The notes under the pieces were generated by a model, which worked only from the letters and a program-made list of their open reading frames with translations, did not search any database and had not been told where the DNA came from. Source: an uncultured SAR86 cluster bacterium (lineage in GTDB: Bacteria; Pseudomonadota; Gammaproteobacteria; Magnimaribacterales; D2472). From it: a stretch of DNA of 64,000 nt. Below are positions 9,320 to 19,860 of the stretch, one piece after another. Position numbers and translations under genes: made by a program. Location of the stretch: positions 247,739 to 311,738 of the forward strand of contig CAWUWW010000001.1 in assembly GCA_963926355.1 (NCBI GenBank). The letters are read 5' to 3'. Each line of letters begins with the position of its first letter. The stretch's first letter is position 1.

Positions 9320-9997
9320 ATGAGCAATACAGATAACAATATAGACATACCCAATGACTGGCTAATAGAGCTAAAAAAATCTATTAGCACGCCTGATTTA
9401 CTCAAACCACTTGAGTTCATAAAGCAAAAAAGAATTGATGATATTTGTATATTCCCATCTGATTTTAATATATTCAATGCATTTAAAATGTGCTCATTTA
9501 AAAATACAAAAGTAGTTGTGTTTGGTCAAGATCCTTACCATCAAGAGGGTTTTGCAAATGGACTTGCTTTCTCAGTAAATATTGGCAATAAAATTCCCGC
9601 ATCACTTAGAAATATTTACACAGAAATAGAGACTGATCTTGGTAGTTTAGATTGCTCATCTGGTGATTTGGAAGGGTGGGCTCGTCAGGGTGTTTTGCTT
9701 CTTAATTCAGCTCTTTCAGTTGAGCAATCAAAGCCAGGATCTCATGCAGATATCGGCTGGGATAAATTAATAAATTCTGTAATAAATTCCATTAATCTTA
9801 AGGGAGGTGTGGTTTTTTTATTATGGGGAGCTCACGCAATTTCTAAAAGAAATTTAATAGATGAAAGAATCAATCACGTGCTAACTGCACCTCACCCATC
9901 TCCATTATCCGCATATAGAGGTTTTTTTGGTTGCAAGCATTTTTCAAAAACAAATGAATTATTAGCTAATAAAAAATTAGCCCCTATAACTTGGTAA
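9320..9997 (+). CDS. ung: uracil-DNA glycosylase
   Basis: GQDPYH water-activating motif and HPSPLS leucine-loop motif. The ATG at 9320 is preferred over the TTG at 9308. Confidence 0.95.
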   Translation: MSNTDNNIDIPNDWLIELKKSISTPDLLKPLEFIKQKRIDDICIFPSDFNIFNAFKMCSFKNTKVVVFGQDPYHQEGFANGLAFSVNIGNKIPASLRNIYTEIETDLGSLDCSSGDLEGWARQGVLLLNSALSVEQSKPGSHADIGWDKLINSVINSINLKGGVVFLLWGAHAISKRNLIDERINHVLTAPHPSPLSAYRGFFGCKHFSKTNELLANKKLAPITW

Positions 9998-10001
9998 TTA
10001 C

Positions 10002-10787
10002 CTATAAAATTAATTTTACTAAAGGGTTGTTTTTAATTAGTTCCAAATCATCTCTATTTACTGAGCAATTAAAAATTTTATAGCCCTTGTAACATATTTT
10101 ATTTGAGATTAACTTTACTCTAAAATCAATTTCATAACTCTCTTCAGATATTAAAGTAGAAAATTTTCTTCTATCAATGCCCAGGTATTTCATTCTTGCT
10201 ACGATTTCTTGACCTCTGTAGCACCCCTTGTCAAAAGAAACCCTCAGATGGTCATAAAATATTTCTAATGGCCTGTATTTTCCAATATCACCAACAGATA
10301 GGTTGTAATTTTTTAAAATTGCATTGGCTGCATTCCAATCAACCACCCTTATAAGATTATCAAGACTTTCTTTTGTTTCAGTAACCTTAGCTGAAAGACC
10401 AAAGTAGTTATTTTTTACAAACAAAAGGTCTTTATTATCCAATTTTAATACACTAACTTTTACATGTTCATTACTTTCTTTAAAGGTCACACCAAAAAAT
10501 TTTGCATAAGGGGATAATTCATTTATAAATATACTGCACAGATCATTATCAATAATAGCCTTAAAGTTAAAACCTTCTTTTGCCAATAAGAAGCCTGCCA
10601 TGACAAGTCCTTTTTGATTGCATATTGAAGAAAGCTGCATAACGTTAGTAGACAGCAAGTCAATATCTGACGTAACCTGCCCCTGAAGAAACTTCTTAAC
10701 TTGATCAAAATCACCTTCAATATTTATTACTTTTAATGTATCTAAATAAAGAGAGCCAAATGATATTAATTTATTTTGTATGTCTAT
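10002..10787 (-). CDS. ygfZ: folate-binding tRNA-modification / Fe-S repair protein YgfZ (start codon uncertain)
   Basis: KGCYRGQEIVARMKYLG signature. The listed ORF (10002..10658, TTG) is N-terminally short. The same frame stays open up to the stop at 10821-10823 and encodes the conserved INIEGDFDQVKKFLQGQVTSDI segment. No ATG/GTG/TTG is available there. The upper coordinate is a guess at an ATA codon. Confidence 0.75.
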   Translation of the reverse strand: MDIQNKLISFGSLYLDTLKVINIEGDFDQVKKFLQGQVTSDIDLLSTNVMQLSSICNQKGLVMAGFLLAKEGFNFKAIIDNDLCSIFINELSPYAKFFGVTFKESNEHVKVSVLKLDNKDLLFVKNNYFGLSAKVTETKESLDNLIRVVDWNAANAILKNYNLSVGDIGKYRPLEIFYDHLRVSFDKGCYRGQEIVARMKYLGIDRRKFSTLISEESYEIDFRVKLISNKICYKGYKIFNCSVNRDDLELIKNNPLVKLIL

Positions 10788-10827
10788 TTTCTTGTAAAAT
10801 AAGTAACCAATTAAATTATTCTAACCA

Positions 10828-11085
10828 ATGAATCAAGAAATAAACAGAATACACTGGAAATGCAGAAGAGGAATGCGAGAAATCGACTTACTTTTAAGAG
10901 AGTTTGCCAAGGGTGAATTGCTAGTTATGGAGAAAGAAGGTATTGATATTTTTGATAATATTCTGGATTATGATGATCAGAAGCTATTTGATTATATCTT
11001 TAAAGGAGAGTCTCTTGAAAACAATTCCCATGAAATCTTTATAGATAAATATCTTAAGAAATTCACAACACTTGGAAACTTTTAA
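10828..11085 (+). CDS. sdhE: FAD assembly factor SdhE (YgfY)
   Basis: 85 aa with the RIHWKCRRGMREIDLLL motif (RGxxE). It is divergent from ygfZ, as in E. coli. Confidence 0.85.
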   Translation: MNQEINRIHWKCRRGMREIDLLLREFAKGELLVMEKEGIDIFDNILDYDDQKLFDYIFKGESLENNSHEIFIDKYLKKFTTLGNF

Positions 11086-11123
11086 TAATTTATGCTGTCT
11101 CATCAAGTAAGGAAGAAATTTTA

Positions 11124-11699
11124 ATGAAAAAAAATAACCCTGAAGATGATTCTTTGTTAATACATAGAGCTCAAAAGGGAGACATAGGAGCCTTTAATTT
11201 TTTAATGACCAAGTATTACCCAAGAGTTTATGCATCTTTATTTTCTTTTACTAAATCAAAAGAAGACTCAGAAGATTTAACGCAACAAACCTTTGTAAAG
11301 GTTTGGAAAAAAATTACCTCCTTCAGGGGTGATAGTGCTTTTTTTACATGGGTTTACAGAATTGCCATTAATCTTGCAAAGAACCATGTGGTTAGCTCTG
11401 GTTATAAAAAAGAAAAAGTAAATATATCTTCTGATGCCATTGAGATGGATTTTGCATCACATGCAAATCCTGAAACAGACCTTATGCATAGTCAATCATT
11501 GGATAAAGTTAGATCTTTTATAAATAGATTACCTGAAACACTAAGAACTGCATTTACTCTAAGAGAGAATGATGGAATGAGCTACGAAGAGATTTCTTTA
11601 ATAACAAATACACCAATAGGAACAGTAAGGTCTAGAATTTTTAGGGCACGAGAAGGAGTACTTGAGTTTATTTCACAGGAATCTACAAATGAAAAATAA
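11124..11699 (+). CDS. rpoE: ECF sigma factor sigma-E
   Basis: 191 aa. Region 2 (FFTWVYRIAIN) and region 4 (SYEEISLITNTPIGTVRSRIFRAR) are present, and the gene is followed by an anti-sigma gene and an HtrA protease gene. Confidence 0.9.
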   Translation: MKKNNPEDDSLLIHRAQKGDIGAFNFLMTKYYPRVYASLFSFTKSKEDSEDLTQQTFVKVWKKITSFRGDSAFFTWVYRIAINLAKNHVVSSGYKKEKVNISSDAIEMDFASHANPETDLMHSQSLDKVRSFINRLPETLRTAFTLRENDGMSYEEISLITNTPIGTVRSRIFRAREGVLEFISQESTNEK

Positions 11700-12378
11700 T
11701 GATATTAATGAAAAATTGTCAGCACTTTATGATGGAGAACTGGATGAATCAGAGATTGATTCAGTTCTGGACGCCTTATCTTTAGATCATAATCTTCAAA
11801 GAAACTTATCGCACTATGGTTTGATGAGCTCGGCTTTAAAAAGAAATGAAGGAAGTATCCATTCAATAAAACTTGCAAGTAGGTTTGGTTCTAATTTCTG
11901 GTTTTCAAATGGAATTACAGCAGCTGCATCAATTTTACTAACGCTTGTTTTTATAAATATTGATGCCATTAATTTTTCTAGACTAGGGCCAGATTCTTCA
12001 GCTACTAATAAACTAAACTTGGCTATAAATAGCAAGGAAGCCAGGGATATTATAAATCTTTCAGAAGAAAATCTTGTAGACCATGTTCTTAATGTTATAA
12101 ATAATCCAGAATTTATGAATAGTAAAAACTCAAACATTGATCTGCGAAATGTTGGTTTTAATACCAACAGCCAATCCACTCGACAATACACCAAGGGTGA
12201 TGAAAATTTTACACTAAGGGTTGAAAAAAAGAATCTAGGTATTAAGAAGGTTAGATATTGGAAGCATGGGAATAAAATGATTTATTTAGTTCCCTTGGCA
12301 GACGGAAGGGTATTAACTTTATACGGCAATCTTAACTCAGAATCTGCAATAGAAGTCGCTCAAGTGATCAACAAATAA
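11689..12378 (+). CDS. anti-sigma-E factor, RseA/MucA-like
   Basis: N-terminal LSALYDGELDESE motif, one central TM segment, and position directly after rpoE. The ATG at 11689 overlaps the rpoE end by 11 nt. Confidence 0.6.
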   Translation: MKNNDINEKLSALYDGELDESEIDSVLDALSLDHNLQRNLSHYGLMSSALKRNEGSIHSIKLASRFGSNFWFSNGITAAASILLTLVFINIDAINFSRLGPDSSATNKLNLAINSKEARDIINLSEENLVDHVLNVINNPEFMNSKNSNIDLRNVGFNTNSQSTRQYTKGDENFTLRVEKKNLGIKKVRYWKHGNKMIYLVPLADGRVLTLYGNLNSESAIEVAQVINK

Positions 12379-12392
12379 CTATTAAAAACATT

Positions 12393-13796
12393 ATGACATC
12401 CAAAAATATACAAATTAAATTAGCCTTATTCATAGCATTATTTTCTATTAACCCATTGCTATCAGAGCTACCAGAAAATATATCTGATCTAGTTGAAAGC
12501 TCAGCTCCTGCGGTTGTTAATATAACTTCAAAAAAAGAAGTTGCCCAAAGACAGTCAAATAACTATGGGGGTATTCCAGATGAAATGTTGGAGAGATTTG
12601 GCATACCAAGACAATACAGAGAAGCTCCTCAAGCGAAGAGAGAGGCTGTGTCTTATGGATCAGGTTTCATACTTAAGGATAATTATATTTTAACAAATTA
12701 CCATGTGGTAGAAGATGCAACAGAGGTTATTGTTTCACTTTCTGATAGAAGAGAGTATCTTGCAGAGATTGTTGGAGTTGACCCTCTTTCTGATTTAGCA
12801 GTTCTTAAAATTTCTGGAGTTGATCTTCCTATAGTAAAAATTGGAGACAGTGACAAATTAAAAGTTGGTGACTGGGTTGTGGCCATAGGGTCACCTTTTA
12901 GCTTTGATTTTTCTGTTACCGCTGGAATTGTTAGCGCCAAAGGAAGAAGTATTCAAAATAACAATACAGGAAACTATGTTCCATTCTTACAAACTGATGT
13001 TGCCATCAATCCTGGAAATTCAGGGGGTCCTTTATTTGATTTAGATGGGAATGTAGTAGGTATTAATTCTCAGATATATTCCCGAAGTGGAGGTTATCAA
13101 GGATTAGCATTTGCTATCCCAATTAATGTTGCAGTAGATGTAGCAGATCAAATTATTGATACAGGAGAGGTTTCAAGAGGCTATCTTGGAGTAAGAATGA
13201 GTGAAGTGGATAGTGACTTAGCCGATGCTCTCGGAATGAAAAAACCTTATGGCGCTCTTATTAATGATGTTGAGGAGGGGGAATCAGCAGACCTTGCGGG
13301 ACTTATACCGGGCGATGTAATAATAGAGTTTGATAAAAAAGAAATTAAATTTAGCGCAGACTTGCCACATGTGGTTGGGCAAATGAGACCAGAAACTAAA
13401 GCTTATGCAAAAGTAATAAGAGATGGAGATGAAATCCAATTAAAATTTATTCTCGGCGAGCTTCCAGTAAATAAAGAATCATTTATTCCTGCTAAATCTC
13501 TAAACTCATCAGATCCTATCGGTCTTAAAGTTGCTGAGATTGATAGAGACAACCCAGCTATGTCAAAACTTCCAGATGGTGTGATTGTATCGAGAATCAA
13601 TCCAGGATCTCCGGCAGCTGGAAAGGTGGCACGAGGTGACGTTATCACAACAATTCAGCACAAAGGGAAAAAATACAAGGTTATTGATATTGATTCTTTT
13701 GATAATGCTTTAGGTGAGTTTTCTTCAGGAAATAAAGTAGCTTTTCATATTATTAGAAATGGCTCAAGGTTGATAAGGTCTATAACTATTAATTAG
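12393..13796 (+). CDS. periplasmic serine endoprotease, DegP/DegQ/MucD family (two PDZ domains)
   Basis: Signal peptide, catalytic H (TNYHVV), D and GNSGGPL, followed by two PDZ-like regions. Confidence 0.9.
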   Translation: MTSKNIQIKLALFIALFSINPLLSELPENISDLVESSAPAVVNITSKKEVAQRQSNNYGGIPDEMLERFGIPRQYREAPQAKREAVSYGSGFILKDNYILTNYHVVEDATEVIVSLSDRREYLAEIVGVDPLSDLAVLKISGVDLPIVKIGDSDKLKVGDWVVAIGSPFSFDFSVTAGIVSAKGRSIQNNNTGNYVPFLQTDVAINPGNSGGPLFDLDGNVVGINSQIYSRSGGYQGLAFAIPINVAVDVADQIIDTGEVSRGYLGVRMSEVDSDLADALGMKKPYGALINDVEEGESADLAGLIPGDVIIEFDKKEIKFSADLPHVVGQMRPETKAYAKVIRDGDEIQLKFILGELPVNKESFIPAKSLNSSDPIGLKVAEIDRDNPAMSKLPDGVIVSRINPGSPAAGKVARGDVITTIQHKGKKYKVIDIDSFDNALGEFSSGNKVAFHIIRNGSRLIRSITIN

Positions 13797-13858
13797 TTTT
13801 TAAAAAGACTTTATTTGCTCCTTTATTGGCCTCTTTGCCTGTAAAATATCTCCACTTT

Positions 13859-15646
13859 ATGAAAAATATTAGAAACTTTTCTGTCATAGCTCATATCGAT
13901 CATGGAAAATCTACTTTGTCTGATAGATTGATCGAATATTGTGGCGGACTTACAGCCAGAGAAATGTCTGAGCAAATCTTGGACTCTATGGATATAGAGC
14001 GTGAAAGAGGAATAACTATAAAAGCCCAAGCTGTAACATTGGAGTATATTAAAGACGAAATCCCATACCAATTAAATTTTATTGATACCCCCGGTCATGT
14101 TGATTTTTCATACGAAGTATCACGATCACTTTCAGCATGCGAGGGAGCACTTTTGGTGGTTGATGGTTCTCAAGGAGTTGAAGCTCAAACACTTGCAAAT
14201 TGTTATACAGCTGTTGATCTAGGCATAGAGGTAGTACCTGTTATAAATAAAATAGACCTTCCTCAATCAGAGCCTGAGAGAGTTAAAAAAGAAATTGAAG
14301 ATATGATTGGCATTAATGCTGATTCTGCTCCTCTTGTAAGCGCTAAGACAGGAGAGGGTATTGAAGATCTTCTAAATATGCTGGTATCTGATATACCTCC
14401 GCCAGAGGGCGATCCTTCTGCTCCTCTACAAGCGTTGATCGTCGACTCCTGGTTTGATGCATATCAAGGAGTTGTTTCCTTGATTAGGATTAAGAATGGA
14501 ACAATAAAAACAGGCCAAAAATTTAAAATTTACTCTACAGGTCAGAGTCATAATGCTGATGAAATTGGTATATTTTCTCCAAAGAAAATAAAAAAACAAA
14601 TCCTATCAGCTGGAGAGGTTGGTTATTTGGTTGCTGGCATCAAAGACATTAAAGGAGCTCCAGTCGGCGATACTTTACTTGAAATAGGGGATGAGATTAC
14701 TGAGTCTTTACCTGGATTTAAAAAAGTAACTCCCAAAGTTTTTGCTTCAATGTTCACAGTAAGCTCCGATGATTACGAGAGATTTAGAGATGCTTTGTCT
14801 AAACTTATTCTTAATGACTCTTCATTGATATATGAGCCAGAGGTATCTGATGCTTTAGGTTTCGGGTTTAGGTGCGGCTTCCTTGGAACTCTTCATATGG
14901 AGGTTATAAGAGAGCGTCTAGAGCGAGAATATGATTTAGATCTTATTTCTACAGCCCCGTCAGTTCAATATGAGGTTTTAAAGAATAATGGCACTATCTT
15001 AAAATGCAATAGTCCATCTCAGCTTCCTCCTACAAACGAAATAGAAGAGATCAGGGAGCCAATTGCAACAACTACAATTATTACTCCTAGCGAGTATGTT
15101 GGAAACGTAATTACACTTTGTACCAGTAAGAGAGGAATACAAAAAGATATGACCTATTTTGGGAACCAGGTATCTATTGTATTTGAGATGCCTCTTTCTT
15201 CAGTTATTGTAGATTTTTTTGATCAAATAAAATCCTCTACCAAAGGATTTGCATCAGTTGAATATAGTTTAATTGGCTTTACAAAAGCAGACCTAACAAA
15301 AATAGATATCTTGATTAATAATCAAAAAATTGATGCTTTATCGATGATAGTTCACAAATCCTTCTCAAATCAAAAAGCTAGAGAGATTGCAGCTAACTTG
15401 CAAAAATTAATTCCAAGACAGATGTTTGATGTCCCTATTCAGGTGGCATTGGGGGCAAAAATAATATCTAGAGAAACTGTAAAAGCGCTAAGAAAAAACG
15501 TTACTGCAAAATGTTATGGTGGTGATATCAGTAGAAAGAAAAAGCTTCTTGAAAAACAAAAAGATGGAAAAAAGAAGATGAAGCAGTTTGGTAAAGTTTC
15601 AATTCCTCAAGATGCCTTCTTAAATTACTTTAAATCTGGAGAATAA
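13859..15646 (+). CDS. lepA: elongation factor 4
   Basis: [16 protein letters not shown] and DTPGHVDF GTPase motifs, plus the LepA C-terminal [24 protein letters not shown]. The ATG at 13859 is preferred. Confidence 0.95.
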   Translation: MKNIRNFSVIAHIDHGKSTLSDRLIEYCGGLTAREMSEQILDSMDIERERGITIKAQAVTLEYIKDEIPYQLNFIDTPGHVDFSYEVSRSLSACEGALLVVDGSQGVEAQTLANCYTAVDLGIEVVPVINKIDLPQSEPERVKKEIEDMIGINADSAPLVSAKTGEGIEDLLNMLVSDIPPPEGDPSAPLQALIVDSWFDAYQGVVSLIRIKNGTIKTGQKFKIYSTGQSHNADEIGIFSPKKIKKQILSAGEVGYLVAGIKDIKGAPVGDTLLEIGDEITESLPGFKKVTPKVFASMFTVSSDDYERFRDALSKLILNDSSLIYEPEVSDALGFGFRCGFLGTLHMEVIRERLEREYDLDLISTAPSVQYEVLKNNGTILKCNSPSQLPPTNEIEEIREPIATTTIITPSEYVGNVITLCTSKRGIQKDMTYFGNQVSIVFEMPLSSVIVDFFDQIKSSTKGFASVEYSLIGFTKADLTKIDILINNQKIDALSMIVHKSFSNQKAREIAANLQKLIPRQMFDVPIQVALGAKIISRETVKALRKNVTAKCYGGDISRKKKLLEKQKDGKKKMKQFGKVSIPQDAFLNYFKSGE

Positions 15647-15647
15647 G

Positions 15648-16598
15648 ATGTTGACTGATCCTTTATTTATTATTTCGATAGTTGGGATGTCCTCCTGCTT
15701 GATTTATTGGATAATATATACAGTTAACAATGAAGACGGAGAAGAGACTTTTTTAATTAAAAATCTTTCATCTATCTCAACTGTCTTTGGTCTTTTAATG
15801 CTTGTTAGTATTTTTTTTAATGCTGGTGATCTAGGAATTATTCTATTTATAGGATCTATTATTGCTTTAATAGTTTTAGTTATTGGAGTAATCCTCAAAA
15901 ATACTACAATTATCTCCTCTTCCAAAGGATATTTTATCCCTATATTCTTAATATTTATCTTAAGAACTTTTATTTATGAACCCTATCAAATACCTTCAGG
16001 ATCTATGCTTCCTGGGTTAATGGATGGAGATTTCTTACTTGTTAATAAGCATTCCTATGGAACAAAAATTAACCGAATTGGAAAACCTTTTGCTATCAAT
16101 AACAATCCAGACTATGGCGATGTTGTTGTCTTTATTCCATCTCACAACCCAGTTCCTTATGTTAAAAGATTAATAGGAAAGCCTGGAGATTCCGTGAGAG
16201 TTGTTAATAAGCAAGTCTTTATCAACGGAACTCCTATTAAAAAGAATCTCTATAAAACCCAGGAAGAAAAAATAACAAGAAGATATAGAGATGCCTCCGG
16301 AACTATTACCGTTAGGGAGATTGACGTAATTGTAGACCTTTATTATGAAAATCATGGCGGGATAGAATATCTAACTAGAAATATTAGAGGTCAAAATACT
16401 CAGTACCCATCAGAATGGACAGTTCCTGAAGGGCATTATTTTGTTATGGGTGACAATAGAGATAACTCGAATGACAGCACCAAAGATGTTGGCTTCGTTT
16501 CAAGAGAAAATTTTTTTGGTAAAGCTGACTATTTATTCATGACATGGGAGTGTTGGACATGTGTCCCATCTTTCTCACGAACTGGTAAGATCAAGTAA
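15648..16598 (+). CDS. lepB: signal peptidase I (extended multi-TM N-terminus)
   Basis: SGSMLP catalytic serine box, KRLIG lysine box and GDNRDNSNDS box. It follows lepA. Confidence 0.9.
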   Translation: MLTDPLFIISIVGMSSCLIYWIIYTVNNEDGEETFLIKNLSSISTVFGLLMLVSIFFNAGDLGIILFIGSIIALIVLVIGVILKNTTIISSSKGYFIPIFLIFILRTFIYEPYQIPSGSMLPGLMDGDFLLVNKHSYGTKINRIGKPFAINNNPDYGDVVVFIPSHNPVPYVKRLIGKPGDSVRVVNKQVFINGTPIKKNLYKTQEEKITRRYRDASGTITVREIDVIVDLYYENHGGIEYLTRNIRGQNTQYPSEWTVPEGHYFVMGDNRDNSNDSTKDVGFVSRENFFGKADYLFMTWECWTCVPSFSRTGKIK

Positions 16599-17257
16599 TG
16601 CCATATAAATCATTACAAGAAAGTATTTCTTATAGCTTCAAAAATATTGAACTATTAGATCTTGCTTTTATTCATAAAAGTTTTGATAACAATATAAACA
16701 ATGAAAGACTAGAGTTTCTAGGAGACTCCATACTTAATTCTGTAATTTCACAGTATCTATTTCTTAAATTTCCAAATGAAAAAGAAGGACTGCTTACAAG
16801 AATGAGGGCGCATTTGGTAAGGGCAGAATCTTTAACAAGAAAAGCAGAAGAGCTTTTACTGGAAGACTATATAAAACTATCAAAAGGAACAGCAAACCTT
16901 TCAAGAGATAGAAAAAACTCAATTTTAGAAGATTCTTTTGAGGCACTAATTGGTTCAATTTTTCTCGATTCTGGATGGGATCAAGTTAATATGATTACCT
17001 TAAAACTATTTAATAAAGAGTTGCTTTCTTTATCAGCAGAAACTCAATTTAAAGATTCAAAAACAGAACTACAAGAGTTACTTCAATCTATAAAGTTAGA
17101 ACTACCTAAATATATTATTGAAGATACTGGCAAAGGCTTTAATTGTAGTATTGAATTCAAAGGTAATATTTTTATAGCCTCAGGCCCTTCTAAACGAGTT
17201 GCAGAAACTAGCTCTGCTTCAAAAGTTCTTTTGTATATTAAGGAGCATAATGAGTAA
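16598..17257 (+). CDS. rnc: ribonuclease III
   Basis: ERLEFLGDS signature and a C-terminal dsRBD. TAATG overlap with lepB. Confidence 0.95.
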   Translation: MPYKSLQESISYSFKNIELLDLAFIHKSFDNNINNERLEFLGDSILNSVISQYLFLKFPNEKEGLLTRMRAHLVRAESLTRKAEELLLEDYIKLSKGTANLSRDRKNSILEDSFEALIGSIFLDSGWDQVNMITLKLFNKELLSLSAETQFKDSKTELQELLQSIKLELPKYIIEDTGKGFNCSIEFKGNIFIASGPSKRVAETSSASKVLLYIKEHNE

Positions 17258-18155
17258 AAGTTACTGCGGGTATATATCAATAATTGGTAAGCCAAATGTT
17301 GGCAAATCAACTATCCTTAACCACATTCTCGGTAAGAAGGTCTCAATAACTTCAAGAAAATCTCAAACTACAAGAAATAATATATTAGGAATTAAAACAG
17401 TAGAAAATAAACAAATGATCTTTGCTGATACTCCTGGAATGCATATTAAATCCCCAAAAGTTATGAACAAGGTATTGAATCGATCTGCTCAAAGTTTAAT
17501 TGATGATTCAGACATTATTCTTTTTGTTGTGCAAAGGCTTACCCTTGATGAGCAGGATATGTCTGTTCTAGAAAAACTAAAGGAAGCTGGTTCCCAGGTA
17601 ATTTGTGTGGTTAATAAGGTTGATCAAGTAGAAGATAAAAATAAGCTTTTACCAATGATGGCTAGGCTGGCAGAAGAGTATAATTTTTTAGATATTATTC
17701 CAATTTCTGCAATTTACAACGATGGCGTCGTTGAGCTTGAAGCCCTAATACAAAAATACCTTCCCGAGAATAATCATATATATGGAGAAGAAGGTATTCA
17801 GGGCACCCATAAAGATATGTTTATGATTACCGAGCTAATCAGGGAAAAGATTATTAGAATGCTTGGTGATGAGCTTCCGCATGACACTTTTGTTCAAGTT
17901 GAGCTATTAGAAGACGAAGAATCTATTATTAAAATTCATTCGGTTATTTATGTTGTAAGAGATAGTCAGAAGCAAATAGTTATTGGCAAGGGTGGAGGTA
18001 CTCTTAAAAAAATTGGGCAACAGGCAAGAATTGAGCTTGAGGAGTACTTCGGCAAAAAAGTTTTTCTAAAAACATGGGTAAAAGTTAAAAAGAACTGGAA
18101 TACCGACTCAGACTACATACAAAGTCTTGGTGTTGGTGGAAGCTATGAGTCCTAG
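17250..18155 (+). CDS. era: GTPase Era
   Basis: GKPNVGKST, DTPG and NKVD motifs plus a KH domain (VIGKGGGTLKKIG). The ATG at 17250 is preceded by AGGAG. Confidence 0.95.
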   Translation: MSKSYCGYISIIGKPNVGKSTILNHILGKKVSITSRKSQTTRNNILGIKTVENKQMIFADTPGMHIKSPKVMNKVLNRSAQSLIDDSDIILFVVQRLTLDEQDMSVLEKLKEAGSQVICVVNKVDQVEDKNKLLPMMARLAEEYNFLDIIPISAIYNDGVVELEALIQKYLPENNHIYGEEGIQGTHKDMFMITELIREKIIRMLGDELPHDTFVQVELLEDEESIIKIHSVIYVVRDSQKQIVIGKGGGTLKKIGQQARIELEEYFGKKVFLKTWVKVKKNWNTDSDYIQSLGVGGSYES

Positions 18156-18840
18156 CGAATGGGATGAGTGCTTTCTTCTTCATCAGAGGCCTTATGGAGA
18201 GACAAGTGTAATAGCTGAGGTATTCAGCAGAAAGAATGGAAAGATGTCTCTTATGGCTCGGGGAGCTAAGAAACCTAAATCAAATTTTTTTGGATATCTA
18301 GCTCCATTTACCAAGCTAAAATTTACTTGCACAGGAAGATCAGATTTAAAAACACTAACCAATATAGATAGAGATTTCTCTGATTCAAGTAATAATTTTA
18401 CTAAAAAAAGTTACAGCCTCCTCTATATTAATGAACTACTTATAAGACTATTGCCTAAGGGAGCCGCTCAAGAGGATTTATTTATTTTATACGAATCTTT
18501 TCTTAGCCAGGTGTTAGCAGGGAATGACTTGGAGCTTACCTTGAGACATTTTGAATTAGATTTATTAGATATGCTTGGATATGGTTTAGATTTTGAGAGT
18601 GAAATTGATAGGAATGAAGAAATAGAGCCAATGAAAAAATATTCTTTTATACCTGAAAGAGGGTTTAGAGAATCCAATGAATCAAATTTTACAGGCGAAG
18701 ATATTATTAATATAAGAACGAGAAACTTATCGAAAGTATCTAAAAAATATTTAAAACATTTAACACAAACAGCTATTCATTTTTGTTTAGATGGAAGGGA
18801 TTTAGTAAGTAGAGATATTTTCAAAAGGATTCGGTCATGA
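18145..18840 (+). CDS. recO: DNA repair protein RecO
   Basis: The N-terminal OB-fold pattern (FLLHQRPYGETS) and the position after era support the call. Start at 18145 (ATG) or 18127 (TTG). Confidence 0.85.
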   Translation: MSPSEWDECFLLHQRPYGETSVIAEVFSRKNGKMSLMARGAKKPKSNFFGYLAPFTKLKFTCTGRSDLKTLTNIDRDFSDSSNNFTKKSYSLLYINELLIRLLPKGAAQEDLFILYESFLSQVLAGNDLELTLRHFELDLLDMLGYGLDFESEIDRNEEIEPMKKYSFIPERGFRESNESNFTGEDIINIRTRNLSKVSKKYLKHLTQTAIHFCLDGRDLVSRDIFKRIRS

Positions 18841-19214
18841 TCTATGGAATGGGTACAGACATTGCATCAATTTCTAGATTCAAAAAAATAGATTCTCTTG
18901 AAAATTTTGCAGTAAAAATCTTATCTATAAATGAGTTAGAGATATTCAATGGTTTTAAGGAATTTAAGCAAATCACCTATTTAGCCAAGCAGTTTGCTGG
19001 AAAAGAAGCAATTTCAAAGGCATTTGGGACAGGAATAAGATCCTCTATAACATTTACAAATATTGAAATTCTCCGAGATGAAAAAGGAAAACCAGTCTTT
19101 AACGCATTAAATGATCTAAATGATTTACTAACAGATTTGGGAATTACAAAAACCCATGTTAGTCTTGCAGACGAAAAAAACTATGCAATAGCATTTGCTA
19201 TATTAGAAATATGA
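18837..19214 (+). CDS. acpS: holo-[acyl-carrier-protein] synthase
   Basis: 125 aa with GTDI, FAGKEAISKA and HVSLADE motifs. ATGA overlap with recO. Confidence 0.85.
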   Translation: MIYGMGTDIASISRFKKIDSLENFAVKILSINELEIFNGFKEFKQITYLAKQFAGKEAISKAFGTGIRSSITFTNIEILRDEKGKPVFNALNDLNDLLTDLGITKTHVSLADEKNYAIAFAILEI

Positions 19215-19855
19215 AAAATATTATTTTATTAGGGCCGCCTGGAGCAGGAAAGGGAACTCAGGCTGATTTGATTTGCGAACTTTGCAACATTCCAAAGGTT
19301 AGTACTGGTGATATGTTGCGTGAAGCAGTGGCATCTGGAAGTGATTTGGGTAAAAAAGTATCAAATATTCTTGATACAGGAGGCCTAGTCTCAGACGAGA
19401 TAATAGGCTCACTAATAGAAGATAGATTAACCAAGCCAGATTGTATCAATGGGTCATTGTTTGATGGTGTCCCCAGAACTCTTGGCCAAGCTTCAAAACT
19501 TTCTGAATTAGGTATTAACTTTACCCATGTTATTGAAATAACAGTTCAGGATGAGGTTATTGTAAATAGAATGTCCGGAAGAAGAGTGCATCCAGGATCG
19601 GGAAGAAATTACCATATTAATTATAATCCTCCTAAGAGTGAAGGTGTTGATGATATTTCAGGAGAACCTCTTATTCAAAGAGAGGATGATAAACCAGAAA
19701 CCGTTCTAAAAAGACTCGAGGTTTACCATGATCAAACAAAACCTCTTACTAATTTTTACATTGAAGAGGCATCTAAAAGCGATCTTAAATATTTTGCAGT
19801 TAATGGTGAGCATAAGGTTGCCGAGGTCTTTAAAAATATTAAAGAACAGATCTAG
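19211..19855 (+). CDS. adk: adenylate kinase
   Basis: GPPGAGKGTQ P-loop and a LID region. ATGA overlap with acpS. Confidence 0.95.
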   Translation: MKNIILLGPPGAGKGTQADLICELCNIPKVSTGDMLREAVASGSDLGKKVSNILDTGGLVSDEIIGSLIEDRLTKPDCINGSLFDGVPRTLGQASKLSELGINFTHVIEITVQDEVIVNRMSGRRVHPGSGRNYHINYNPPKSEGVDDISGEPLIQREDDKPETVLKRLEVYHDQTKPLTNFYIEEASKSDLKYFAVNGEHKVAEVFKNIKEQI

Positions 19856-19860
19856 TATTG

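Noticed and set aside
9048-9477. ORFs 9048..9263 (+) and 9193..9477 (-) inside the serA-ung spacer
   Set aside because: The products are low-complexity I/L/F/Y/N-rich, as expected from AT-rich DNA. The minus ORF runs antisense across the ung start and the DnaA boxes. Neither has an SD or any recognisable motif.
10523-10720. ORF 10523..10720 (-), 65 aa
   Set aside because: It is out of frame with ygfZ and wholly inside it, and the ygfZ frame carries the conserved FLQGQVTSD segment across the same nucleotides.
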